Source of the DNA: a virus
Direction: 5' to 3' (one strand)
DNA: 64,000 nucleotides
Virus record (IMG/VR): IMGVR_UViG_3300019752_000004
Location: 1-64,000 of that record
Position 1 is the stretch's first letter. Each line of letters starts with the position of its first letter. The notes below the pieces were generated by a model, which saw nothing but the letters and a program-made list of their open reading frames with translations, was not told where the DNA came from and made no database searches. Made by a program: the position numbers and the translations under genes. Of the stretch, positions 28,036 through 37,942 are shown piece by piece.

Positions 28036-30148
28036 ATTAGAATTTATTGAAATCAGTGTACGCAATTTCAGGTCAGTTGGTAATATTCCAATGACTGTTA
28101 ATTACACTGAGAACGACACAACACTTGTTACCGCCACACAGAACGGTAGTGGTAAATCTACGCTCCTGCAACATGCACTGTATTTTGCACTCTTTGGCAA
28201 GCCATATGGTAAGAAGAGTAAAAAAGGTGGATTGGTTAACAGTCATAATAATAAAAACTGTGAAGTTGAACTTTATTTTAAAACTAAAGGCAAGTCCTAT
28301 AAAGTCATTCGTGGCATGAAACCGAATGTGTTTGATATATGGTGTGATGGAGAAAAACTTGATGAGCAAGCCAGTTCATCAAATCAACAGACAGCGTTGG
28401 AACAGATTACAGGTCTGACAGAAACTATGTTTGTCAATACAGTTGCACTTGGTAAAGATAAATTTGTACCATTTGTTGAAATGACTGCAGGTGACCGTAG
28501 AAAAATGGTTGAAGATATTCTTGATCTCACTGTCTTCACTCGTATGAATGAACTGGCTAAAGAAGATGTTAAATCTAAAATGAGTGAATGTGAATCTTTG
28601 AAAAGGGATGCAGAGGATAAAAAGGCTCATATTTCGATTCTAACGAATTCTAAGGCCGATAATGAATCTACTATCCAGATGATGATTAAAACACGGGAGA
28701 ACCGAACTACAGACGTTTTAAAGACCATCTCAGAGTATGAATCAGAACTACAAGACTATGATTTTGAATCCAATGAAGCAGAACTGCAAAAATTGAATGA
28801 TGAAATCAAAGAAGTTGATTTACAGATTCAGCTTGGATTTAGTTATATCAAAAACAGTGAGAATCAACAGGCTCGAAAAACTGAATTGAATCTATTGCAG
28901 ACCACACTCACAGAAGCCGAATCTGAAATGACAGAATATTATTCTGAATATTTGGAAAATTCTGTAGATAATTTTGAAGAACGAATCAAACTCAAATCTA
29001 TTATGAATGATGGATTTGACAACCTTCGTACGATGCAAAATGAATTGAGTTCAAAGAAGGCAGAATTATCAAGGGTTGAACGCGAATACGAGGCACAGCT
29101 AGCTATTGATACATGTGACAAGTGTGGACAGAAAATCAGTAGCACTATTATCACTGATATCAAAACAAAATATGATTCAATCATTGATGAATTGAAAACC
29201 GACATTCATAATCTATCATCAACAACAGTTGATATGGAAATGAAATCAGGTGAAAATGAATCCAAGTACAATGAAATCAATGAACTTGAAAAAACTAGGC
29301 TTGAACACGTGGCAAAGTACGAGAGTCTAGTTTCAAATGTAGATAGTATTAAAAATAAATTGGTCAATTGCCAGAGAGATATTGATTCCATCGGTGAAAT
29401 TGAAGGTCAAACAGAGTATGAAATCATCGACGAACTGAATAATGTTCGGAATTTGAAAACAAGTCATTCGAAATCCCTGTATACAACTTTTGAAAAACAG
29501 AACAATGTTCGGAAATCTTTAGATACGGCTAAAAACGAATACAATAGACTTTGTGAACCAGATGATACAATTTCCAAGATTCAGAATGACGTTGAATCCA
29601 CTACAAACAAGATCAAAGATTGTGAAACCAATCTGATTGAAATCAATAAACGGTATGATGAAACACTGAATGAACTTAAATACTGTAATATGACGCTGAA
29701 ACTGTTGTCCGACACAGAAGTCAAGGCTCAAATCATTGAACAGTATATCCCATTCATCAATGCTAAAATTAATGACACCCTGATTAAGATGAATATGTAT
29801 GTTGATTTCAGCATGGATATGACATTTAATATTGAATTAAAAGACCCTACTCGAAAGAATCAGACCCTGTTTGATTTGTCTAGTGGACAGAAGGCTAAAA
29901 TCAATATTGCAATTCTCATGGCGTTTCGTGAGGTTGCCAGACTTAAATCAAGTACTGATTGTAACATTCTGATCCTAGATGAAATTCTTGAACCACTTGC
30001 ACAGGATAGTGTTGCTGATTGTGTTGAAGCTTTGAAAACAGACGATATTAAATTGTGGGTTATTTCACAGCGTCATGATGAATTTGCAGAGTATTTTGAT
30101 AAGGTTAAACGTTACAAACTTGTAAATGATTTTACTACGGAGTTCTAA
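28028..30148 (+). CDS. gp46: recombination ATPase subunit (T4 gp46, Rad50-like)
   Basis: NFRSVGN, NGSGKST, Zn-hook CDKCG, LSSGQK, LILDE. Confidence 0.93.
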   Translation: MSKLEFIEISVRNFRSVGNIPMTVNYTENDTTLVTATQNGSGKSTLLQHALYFALFGKPYGKKSKKGGLVNSHNNKNCEVELYFKTKGKSYKVIRGMKPNVFDIWCDGEKLDEQASSSNQQTALEQITGLTETMFVNTVALGKDKFVPFVEMTAGDRRKMVEDILDLTVFTRMNELAKEDVKSKMSECESLKRDAEDKKAHISILTNSKADNESTIQMMIKTRENRTTDVLKTISEYESELQDYDFESNEAELQKLNDEIKEVDLQIQLGFSYIKNSENQQARKTELNLLQTTLTEAESEMTEYYSEYLENSVDNFEERIKLKSIMNDGFDNLRTMQNELSSKKAELSRVEREYEAQLAIDTCDKCGQKISSTIITDIKTKYDSIIDELKTDIHNLSSTTVDMEMKSGENESKYNEINELEKTRLEHVAKYESLVSNVDSIKNKLVNCQRDIDSIGEIEGQTEYEIIDELNNVRNLKTSHSKSLYTTFEKQNNVRKSLDTAKNEYNRLCEPDDTISKIQNDVESTTNKIKDCETNLIEINKRYDETLNELKYCNMTLKLLSDTEVKAQIIEQYIPFINAKINDTLIKMNMYVDFSMDMTFNIELKDPTRKNQTLFDLSSGQKAKINIAILMAFREVARLKSSTDCNILILDEILEPLAQDSVADCVEALKTDDIKLWVISQRHDEFAEYFDKVKRYKLVNDFTTEF

Positions 30149-30435
30149 TGAAATTAAATGAAATGTGTAGGGCCGAACAGCTTAATCTAGTTATTATTAT
30201 AATTTTGATTGTAATTTTTAGTTATCAGGTGTATATGAATTATACTGGATTGGTTCCAGTTGCGTACCATGAAAAGGTTGTTGGTGAATTGCAAAGTGAC
30301 ATAAACCATCTAAAGATTCAGGAACAACAACATGCTGTACGTATGCGTATGATGTATGAACGTGATCGTTCAATTTATGATGAAATGGGTTTTTCTAAAG
30401 CACCTTCACATACAGATGGTGTAAAGTTGGATTAA
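30148..30435 (+). CDS. membrane-anchored small protein
   Basis: Single N-terminal TM followed by a short coiled coil. Confidence 0.6.
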   Translation: MKLNEMCRAEQLNLVIIIILIVIFSYQVYMNYTGLVPVAYHEKVVGELQSDINHLKIQEQQHAVRMRMMYERDRSIYDEMGFSKAPSHTDGVKLD

Positions 30436-30436
30436 A

Positions 30437-31120
30437 ATGAAAATTAAAATTGGTATGATTCTAGGTTGTGTAGTATTGTGTATATCACTCTTCATGAATG
30501 GATATCAGTATTTTAAAACTGGTTCACAATTTGAAAGTTTTAATGAATCTGTCATGGAATATGAAAAACAGCTTAATGTGTCTAATGAAATAATTCTTGA
30601 ATTGAATCATGTGCTGAACACTCATAATTCACACAGATTTATGTGGTTTGGTGGGGAGTCAATGGACGCTGAATATTTAAAATTAAGAGTCCAGAGAGTC
30701 ATGAATGAATTGGGTGTATATGATTCTGATTTCATGTATCTGATTCTAGGAACCGTTTCAACTGAATCTGATCTAGGATATAATATTGAGACTAAAAATG
30801 ATTTGGGTTCATTCATGGTAAACCGAAATACATTACAGGATATGTATGATGTGTTTTTCAAAAAGAACCCTAATTATAAAAAAGTAGTTGACAGTTATAG
30901 AACACCTCGTGTAAGTAGAGAATTCGATGCACGTTATAATGTTGATTATGGTATAGGTTTATCTATCTGTTATTATCTGTATAGAGGTGTTGATGGTGAA
31001 ACTGATCTATCCACACTGGAAAAACGTGCTGATGTATGGAAGAAAGAATATAACAGTCATTTGGGTGCAGGTCATCCAAAACATTTTAAGAAAAAATATA
31101 CTTTGTATTATGGCGACTAA
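30437..31120 (+). CDS. putative lysozyme-fold endolysin with N-terminal TM
   Basis: LILGTVSTESDLG and WKKEYNSHLGAG motifs resemble a phage transglycosylase-like family. Confidence 0.55.
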   Translation: MKIKIGMILGCVVLCISLFMNGYQYFKTGSQFESFNESVMEYEKQLNVSNEIILELNHVLNTHNSHRFMWFGGESMDAEYLKLRVQRVMNELGVYDSDFMYLILGTVSTESDLGYNIETKNDLGSFMVNRNTLQDMYDVFFKKNPNYKKVVDSYRTPRVSREFDARYNVDYGIGLSICYYLYRGVDGETDLSTLEKRADVWKKEYNSHLGAGHPKHFKKKYTLYYGD

Positions 31121-31151
31121 GAGAAAATATATTTTCACATTTTAAAGGAGA

Positions 31152-31457
31152 ATGATAATGAGGTATCTGATTTTGTGTGTGATTCTACTGTCGATGACTG
31201 CATGTGCATCTGTTGATAAAGTTGGTCACATTGGAAAATGGGAAGTTCATAAGGTTGCTACTGTAGGTGTGATTGAGAATAGTGCCACTAGCCTTGTAGC
31301 ATATGATAACGCCAGTGGATCACTTGTACCGCTTCATGTCACATCTGGTGACAGTGTTGCGGGTAATCTGGTGAAAGCTGGTGCTGTAGTTGGTGGTGCT
31401 GCTATTATGAGTAATGCACTTTCTGATATGGAAATGAACGCAGTCATCAAACCTTAG
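31152..31457 (+). CDS. putative lipoprotein
   Basis: Signal peptide ending in lipobox-like MTAC. Confidence 0.65.
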   Translation: MIMRYLILCVILLSMTACASVDKVGHIGKWEVHKVATVGVIENSATSLVAYDNASGSLVPLHVTSGDSVAGNLVKAGAVVGGAAIMSNALSDMEMNAVIKP

Positions 31458-31505
31458 AATTTATGTGGGTGTATGATTACGATTGTACACCCACATGGAG
31501 TGTGA

Positions 31506-32870
31506 ATGAAAATACTTGAAAATATCATTTGTCACCTTGGAATCCACAAATGGAAACGTGTCGATAAATTTGGACGACAGCGGTGTGAATATTGTGGTTT
31601 AAATCGTGAATGGGAAGATTTTGTATATTATTACTGGTGGAGTGGTGGAAATGCATGGTTTGGCGATTCATTCCAGAATGGTAAAAAATATAAAGATGGT
31701 GGCGAAAATGGAAATTAAAGAACAATGGAAATTAGACTTTCTCTCATTTTTAGGTGATAAACTTGATCTTCGAGAAATGGTATCATGGGATTCTAATTTT
31801 AATTTTCACGTAGCTAGCTCTGATATGTGTGTATTGTGTGCAACTGTGGTTGAAAATATTGAAAACGAAGATGATTTTGAATTATTCATGCAATGCTTTC
31901 AAGACATTGTAAAATATGATGAAGATTATGAGTATGACACATGCAATCTATATGTTTGTCGTAAAAATGAAATGTCTTCTGAGAAGATTGATATGGGAAA
32001 ATATCCAGAATGGTTAGTAAAGTTATTCAAGGAATGTAACAATGAAAAAATTTAAATACGATGGCGTTATGTTGTTCCTAGTACCAACAGGTAAACCCCC
32101 ATGTGAGGGTTGTATTTTTGAGCGTAAAGTTCCATGTCCTAGTGATGTGTGTAATGACCCTGATAATCTATATCATGGCATCCGTTGTGTGTTCAGAACA
32201 ACACCATTTATAGAATATTTTGATGAAGAATTGTTTGAAGAGGTTGGAGATATTGATGAAGACTAAAAATGAACAAATTCTAGACAATCTCATGAAAATT
32301 GTGTTAAATATAAATCACCTTAAAAAGTCTCTAGATAATATAACATTGGATATTGAGGAATCCATAAAAAATGTAGAAAATGTACAAAAAACATTATCTC
32401 ATATTGACATGCGTGCTAAGACAATGGCTCAAGACTTAGATATGATTGGTGATCAAAACGTAGATATGATTGAATGTAAAATTATGGAACTTAATGATAC
32501 ATTAGATAGTTTCAGTTGTAATATCGACAATATACCATTAGGTGTGGGCAACTACGATAGTAGCAGAAAAGAACGACCATATAGGAGATAGTGATGAAGA
32601 AAACTAAAATAGAATGGAAATATCCACCAAAGGATATGCCGACATTAGGTCAATCAGTTAGATTTAAAATCGTGTGGTGTGAACATGATGAATAAACAAA
32701 TTCTAGTCATTGGTGATAATCGATACACCAATCTTTCAATTATTGAAGAAATTGGTGCTGTTTATAAATTGCCAGAACAACCTGAGCAAATTATTGACAA
32801 AGGGGTATTATCCTCATATGGTCCAAGAAAACACAGGAAATGGCCCGTACCTAACAAGAAAGACAGATAG
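31506..32870 (+). other. cluster of small hypothetical CDSs (31506-31718, 31708-32055, 32042-32266, ~32256-32591, 32594-32695, ~32688-32870)
   Basis: Overlapping start/stop ORFs; 31506 has a CxLGxHxW...CxxCG Zn-ribbon. Confidence 0.6.
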
Positions 32871-33006
32871 AATTATAAAGTTAAACATGATGAAGAATAA
32901 TGCTTGACAAACCATGCCAAACTTGTGTATATGATGATCTCAATTGTGACAGTGGACGATGCAATAGTTGCATCAATGAACAACATTATAAACAGAGGAA
33001 ATAAGA

Positions 33007-35070
33007 ATGAGCAATTTTAAACAGATGGTTTTATTTTTACAAGTCCATATTGGATACATCACTAAGGATGCCACACATCTTTTTGAAGTTGATGTAGACG
33101 ATGATACAATTTGGAATACATATCTGGATAGTTTTCCAGAGGGTACAAATGAAATCTTTCGTGAACGTAGATATTATGATTGTCAGTGTTGTAAAAACTT
33201 CATTCGCAATTTCGGCAAAGTAGTCGTAATTGATCCAGACACGTTTGAAAAAACCAGCATCTGGTCCAACTACAATGAAGATGATAAGTTTAAACCAGTG
33301 TTTGATGCACTGAATACACTTGTAACTGGTGCTAATATCAAAAATGTATTTGTGAATGATATGAAACGCATTGGAACAGATTCTAATTTTGATAAAAATC
33401 CTGAATTGGAATGGGATCATTTCTTTGTAGATGTACCTGAGAAATTCATTACGTCACTTAGAAATACTACGGCAAGTAGTGTTATGTCTAAATACAATTC
33501 TACACAGGGTGTGATGACCCGTTCATTTCAGCAGATTGATACGGATGCCGTAGAAACTGTTCTGGATATCATTGCACAGAATAATCTGTACCGTGGTGAA
33601 GAATGGGAAAAACCATTGAAAGCGTTTTCTCTGTTACAGAAGAAATTCAACACCCTTAATGATGATGAAAAATCTACATTCTGCTGGTTTCACGCAACAC
33701 TACCACATGGGGAAGTTCTCGGACGAATGAAGAATCACTCTATTGGTACACTTCTTTTAGATTTGTCTGATAATATGGATTTGGAAACTGCTGTAAAACG
33801 TTATGAGAATGTAGTTGCACCTCATAACTATAAACGTCCATCAACCCTTGTAACTAAACGTATGGTTGAAACCGCACAGAAAACAGTTGTTGACCTTGGA
33901 TACACTGATTCTCTTGAAAGACGACATGCTGCACTAAGTGATATGAATATCAATGATGTTCTTTTTGCTGACAGAGATGCAAAGTCTGTTATGTCTACTG
34001 GTGTACTTGGAGTGTTTGATGATATTAAATCTGATGCTAAATCCAGCTGTAAATCTCAGAATTTTGACAATGTACAGGAAGTCAGTATTGCAGATTTCAT
34101 GGAAACACATCTTCCCACTGCACGGGGTCTTGAACTATATCTTGAAAACCGACACACAACCAATATGGTATCGCTCATTGCACCAGTAAATGATGGTTGT
34201 AAAAGTATGTTTAAATGGGACAAACCATTTTCATGGAGTTACAACGGCAACATTGCAGATTCATCCACCAAAGCCCTTGTAAAAGATCATGGTGGTGACG
34301 TTGAAGGTGTGCTTAGATTCAGTCTCCGTTGGAATGATGACGGTGATTGTAATGATGACCTTGATGCACATTGTGTGGAACCTAACGGCAACATAATTCA
34401 CTATGCAGATAAATTGAGTCGGGCAACCAGAGGTAGTCTTGATGTAGATATCATTGATCCAGCTGGTAAAACTGCTGTAGAGAATATTACATGGCCATAT
34501 AAGACTCGTATGAGTGGCGGCGAATATCAATTCATGGTGCATTGTTATTCTAAGAATGGTGGTCAAAGTGGATTCACTGCTGAAATTGAATTTGATAATG
34601 GTGTTATCTATACGTTTGCATATGATGAACCATTGTCACATGGACAATATGTAAAGGTAGCTAACGTTATTAAATCTGGTGATAAATTCACTATGATTCC
34701 AAAACTCAGTTTGAACAAATCAAATAAAGAGCTTTGGGGTCTGAACACAAATAAGTTTGTACGTGTATCAACTGTAATGTTGTCTCCAAATCACTGGGTT
34801 GATCAGGAGAAGATTGGCAACAAACACTTTTTCTTCATGCTTGAAAACTGCTTGAATCCAGATGACACCAGAGGTTTCTACAATGAATTCCTTTGTGATA
34901 GTCTTGCACGTGACCACAAACGTGTGATGGAAATTCTTGGCAACAAGATGAAAGTGTGTTATGCTGATGAACAGTTGTCTGGTGTTGGATTTTCATCCAC
35001 TAAAAGAAATGATGTAGTATGCAAATATACTACAGAAACCGAAACAAAAGTTATTAAAATTAAATTCTAG
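33007..35070 (+). CDS. conserved phage protein (687 aa) with C-terminal YfaP/DUF2135-like domain
   Basis: N-terminal YYDCQCCKNFIRNFG; LRFSLRWN...DLDAHCVEP...LDVD...AVENITW; C-terminal EQLSGVGFSSTKR; TTGACA at 32904. Confidence 0.7.
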   Translation: MSNFKQMVLFLQVHIGYITKDATHLFEVDVDDDTIWNTYLDSFPEGTNEIFRERRYYDCQCCKNFIRNFGKVVVIDPDTFEKTSIWSNYNEDDKFKPVFDALNTLVTGANIKNVFVNDMKRIGTDSNFDKNPELEWDHFFVDVPEKFITSLRNTTASSVMSKYNSTQGVMTRSFQQIDTDAVETVLDIIAQNNLYRGEEWEKPLKAFSLLQKKFNTLNDDEKSTFCWFHATLPHGEVLGRMKNHSIGTLLLDLSDNMDLETAVKRYENVVAPHNYKRPSTLVTKRMVETAQKTVVDLGYTDSLERRHAALSDMNINDVLFADRDAKSVMSTGVLGVFDDIKSDAKSSCKSQNFDNVQEVSIADFMETHLPTARGLELYLENRHTTNMVSLIAPVNDGCKSMFKWDKPFSWSYNGNIADSSTKALVKDHGGDVEGVLRFSLRWNDDGDCNDDLDAHCVEPNGNIIHYADKLSRATRGSLDVDIIDPAGKTAVENITWPYKTRMSGGEYQFMVHCYSKNGGQSGFTAEIEFDNGVIYTFAYDEPLSHGQYVKVANVIKSGDKFTMIPKLSLNKSNKELWGLNTNKFVRVSTVMLSPNHWVDQEKIGNKHFFFMLENCLNPDDTRGFYNEFLCDSLARDHKRVMEILGNKMKVCYADEQLSGVGFSSTKRNDVVCKYTTETETKVIKIKF

Positions 35071-35079
35071 GAGAATCCT

Positions 35080-35442
35080 ATGGAAATGTTTGAAAGATGC
35101 GTAAGAGAGAAAGTTAGATTCAATTACAATGGTGTTATCACGACAGAAGATTTGTGGGATTTACATACACTTACACTGGATGTAATCTATTCTGAAATTC
35201 AGTTGAAAATTGAAAGACTTCCAAAAACCAGCCTCATTAAAGGTGGGGTTAGTAAGGAACGTGAAAAACTTGAATTTAAAGCCTCTGTGGTCGCATATGT
35301 TTATAAGGTAAAGACAGAGGAAGAAAAAGAACGTGAACGTGTGGAAATCAATTCACAGCGTAGACAGAAGATTCTTAAACAGATCGAAGAACAGGAATTT
35401 AAAAACCTGTCTATTGATGAATTGAAAGAAATGTTGAAATAG
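35080..35442 (+). CDS. conserved phage protein (120 aa), partner of the 687-aa protein
   Basis: MFE...K.RF...G.ITTEDLWDL, coiled-coil C-terminus LSIDELKEML. Confidence 0.75.
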   Translation: MEMFERCVREKVRFNYNGVITTEDLWDLHTLTLDVIYSEIQLKIERLPKTSLIKGGVSKEREKLEFKASVVAYVYKVKTEEEKERERVEINSQRRQKILKQIEEQEFKNLSIDELKEMLK

Positions 35443-35523
35443 TTGTTGACAACTAAAACTAAGGTGTGTATTCCTGTATTTGTGAACAGGTGATGCACAC
35501 CTTTTTAATTTTTAAAATGGAGA
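35442..35523 (+). repeat. Repeat family A copy
   Basis: Differs from the 23931 copy by two substitutions in the hairpin and the T-run length. Confidence 0.92.
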
Positions 35524-35525
35524 AT

Positions 35526-35738
35526 ATGCAATGATCGATTACAAATGCTAAAGTTATCTTGACAGACGGTGCGGACACTATCTTATTCACAACAGATGTG
35601 AAAAGTCCTAACTATGGCGAAGAATATGTAACAATGAAAACAATTCTTGTTTCGGGCACTGCAATCAAAATGATGCAAAACGAATGGCCTAGTCTTCCAT
35701 ACACACTGATAGACGCTACAACACAGAATGGAGAATAA
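35526..35738 (+). pseudogene. interrupted small early gene
   Basis: ATG CAA TGA then 67 open codons (SITNAKVILTDGAD...NGE*). The RBS-spaced ATG at 35531 gives only MIDYKC*. Confidence 0.6.
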
Positions 35739-35739
35739 A

Positions 35740-37466
35740 ATGGCTACTAACAAACAGGTTGAAGATTTTGCATATGAAATGATTGAATACTATGCAATGG
35801 TAGAAGCTGTGGATAAGTTGTCTGATAACGTCACAAAGCTTTCACATACTGGTAAAGTAATCAAAGAACGTGCAAAGTGTGTCGAAAAGATTCAAAACAT
35901 CAGAAAAGAATTTGAATATGCATCAAATTGGATTATTACACCAGTTGAAGGTTACCCTGCTGTAATCATTAAAATTTGGGTGTGTGAATACAGACTAATT
36001 TGCAAACACCCTCACATTTCACAAGCATATTTCAAACTAGAACACGGTCTTAAAGATGTAGATATTCTTAAAATGTACTGTGATTATGTAGAGTTGAAAA
36101 ATCTTCTGAATGAGAAGGTAACTCAGACTTTTACAGTTTACTGTGGTATGCCTTACCAACAACGTAGATCGCAATTGGCAAAACTTAGATATAAAGTGAA
36201 AAATCAAAATGTCTCGTAAAGAAAGACTTTACAAAGCTGCATTATTCTGGCATAGAAAAGCTCTAGGCTATTGCAACAAGACAGATGATATGGAAAGATT
36301 TAGAAACCTTTGTCAACGTGCATATAGTTATGCACAATGGTTTGAAGCACTTGCAGAAATGGAGAAACAAAATGAAAGATATTAAAGTTGGAAGATGGTC
36401 ATATGAGTTTGCAATTACAGAAGAAGAAAAGAAGGAAGCTCTTGATATTGTTTCTTGTCGAACTGGTGTATGTTGTCTGCATTGTGTAAAAGACAACACA
36501 TCAATCGAATACGGATATGATGAATTTGAAGACGACATTCTTCCATCTTTGAACGTGTTTGATGAAAATTATTATTTAGCAGTAGAATGTTAGGTGAGTC
36601 ATGGAATTCACAACAGCATTTTTAATATTAATTGTAATTGCATGTGTATGTGGTTTTATATGTAGGGATAATCCTAACAAACCAAATACATCAACGGCAT
36701 CCAACAAATGCAATCATGATTGGATACCAACACGAACTAAAGGGTATCTGGTATCGTTTGATCAAACTGGTGTGAGACTGCCATACTCTATCATTTACAA
36801 ACAACGTGTATGTGTATTATGTGGAGAATTGTATGATCACGCAAAACGTCAGTGTATGAGTGGCACATATCATGAAATCACAAAAGAACAGTTTGACGAA
36901 TATCAGAAACAGGACTCTGAAAAGTTTTGGGAAGAATTGCACCGTGAAGTTGATTCTGAAAACCACAAAAACTTTATGTCTAAAGTAGAACGTGCTGAAA
37001 CAATTTTAAAGGAGAAACAAAATGAAAACTTATAAGTACGATGGTGTGGAATTGGTATTAGTAGCAGACGGACACGGTTTGTATTCAGGTACGTGTGTAG
37101 GATGTTATTTTGATTCGTTTGAAGGGGGATGTCCAGAAATATGCGGAGATGGTAGCATATTTATCCATGTGAATGAGAATGCTGTATTCCATGAAGACTT
37201 ATTTGAAGTAACGGATGTCGATGATGGATAATTCACTCATAGAAGCTCTAATAGAAGCCCTAGAAGATATTGACAGACTTATTGAAAATGGTGAAATCAC
37301 TAAGAACGATGATACAGATTATTGTTTTCCACATCACTGTGACGGACAATGCCAAGGAATGGGTGGTTGTCCATACTGTTGTGAATTCTGGTATGATGAT
37401 GCCGTAGAACGTGGTGTTGATCCAGAAAATTTAAAAGAACTTGATTGTTGTATGCAAGGATACTAA
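35740..37466 (+). other. cluster of small hypothetical early CDSs (35740-36219, 36209-36385, 36372-36593, 36601-37035, 37022-37231, ~37215-37466)
   Basis: Coupled ORFs with GGAG RBSs, several Cys-rich. Confidence 0.65.
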
Positions 37467-37478
37467 ATCTCTCAAATT

Positions 37479-37555
37479 GATTCTAACGCATTCTAAACTT
37501 AAAGATAGGTCAATATACCTAAAATGGTTTAGAATGCGTTAGAATCGTGTTTCTG
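37479..37555. repeat. Repeat family D copy 2, a 20-bp inverted repeat between convergent genes
   Basis: GATTCTAACGCATTCTAAAC (37479-37498) / GTTTAGAATGCGTTAGAATC (37527-37546). Confidence 0.8.
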
Positions 37556-37561
37556 GCCGTT

Positions 37562-37942
37562 TTATCGTAGTCTGGATAGTGGAAGACTAAACGTATTTAA
37601 AGTTTCCTGATTGATTATGAAATATTTAATATCAATAACCAACGTATTATCATCTTGTTCCATTACATTAATCTCATCAACTTCACATCTAGGTTCATAT
37701 TCATCTATCAAGTTCTTTAGACTCTGTTGAATTTGAGTTGTAAATGCAATGTCCAGATTTTCAAACAGTTGATCCTCTATACCAGCACCATAAAATGGGT
37801 CATATAGAATCTCACCTTGTCTCGTTAAAATTAAATGTCTTAGACTCTGATTGACACTACTAGCATTATTTTTAACACCAATATCTCCTGTAACTGGATT
37901 ACGAACTAGACTAAAATCCATATCCTTGTATATATTTCCCAT
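37562..37942 (-). CDS. gp25: baseplate wedge protein (T4 gp25-like)
   Basis: YKDMDFS, V.QSLRHLILT..GE..YDPFYG, YEPR. Confidence 0.92.
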   Translation of the reverse strand: MGNIYKDMDFSLVRNPVTGDIGVKNNASSVNQSLRHLILTRQGEILYDPFYGAGIEDQLFENLDIAFTTQIQQSLKNLIDEYEPRCEVDEINVMEQDDNTLVIDIKYFIINQETLNTFSLPLSRLR

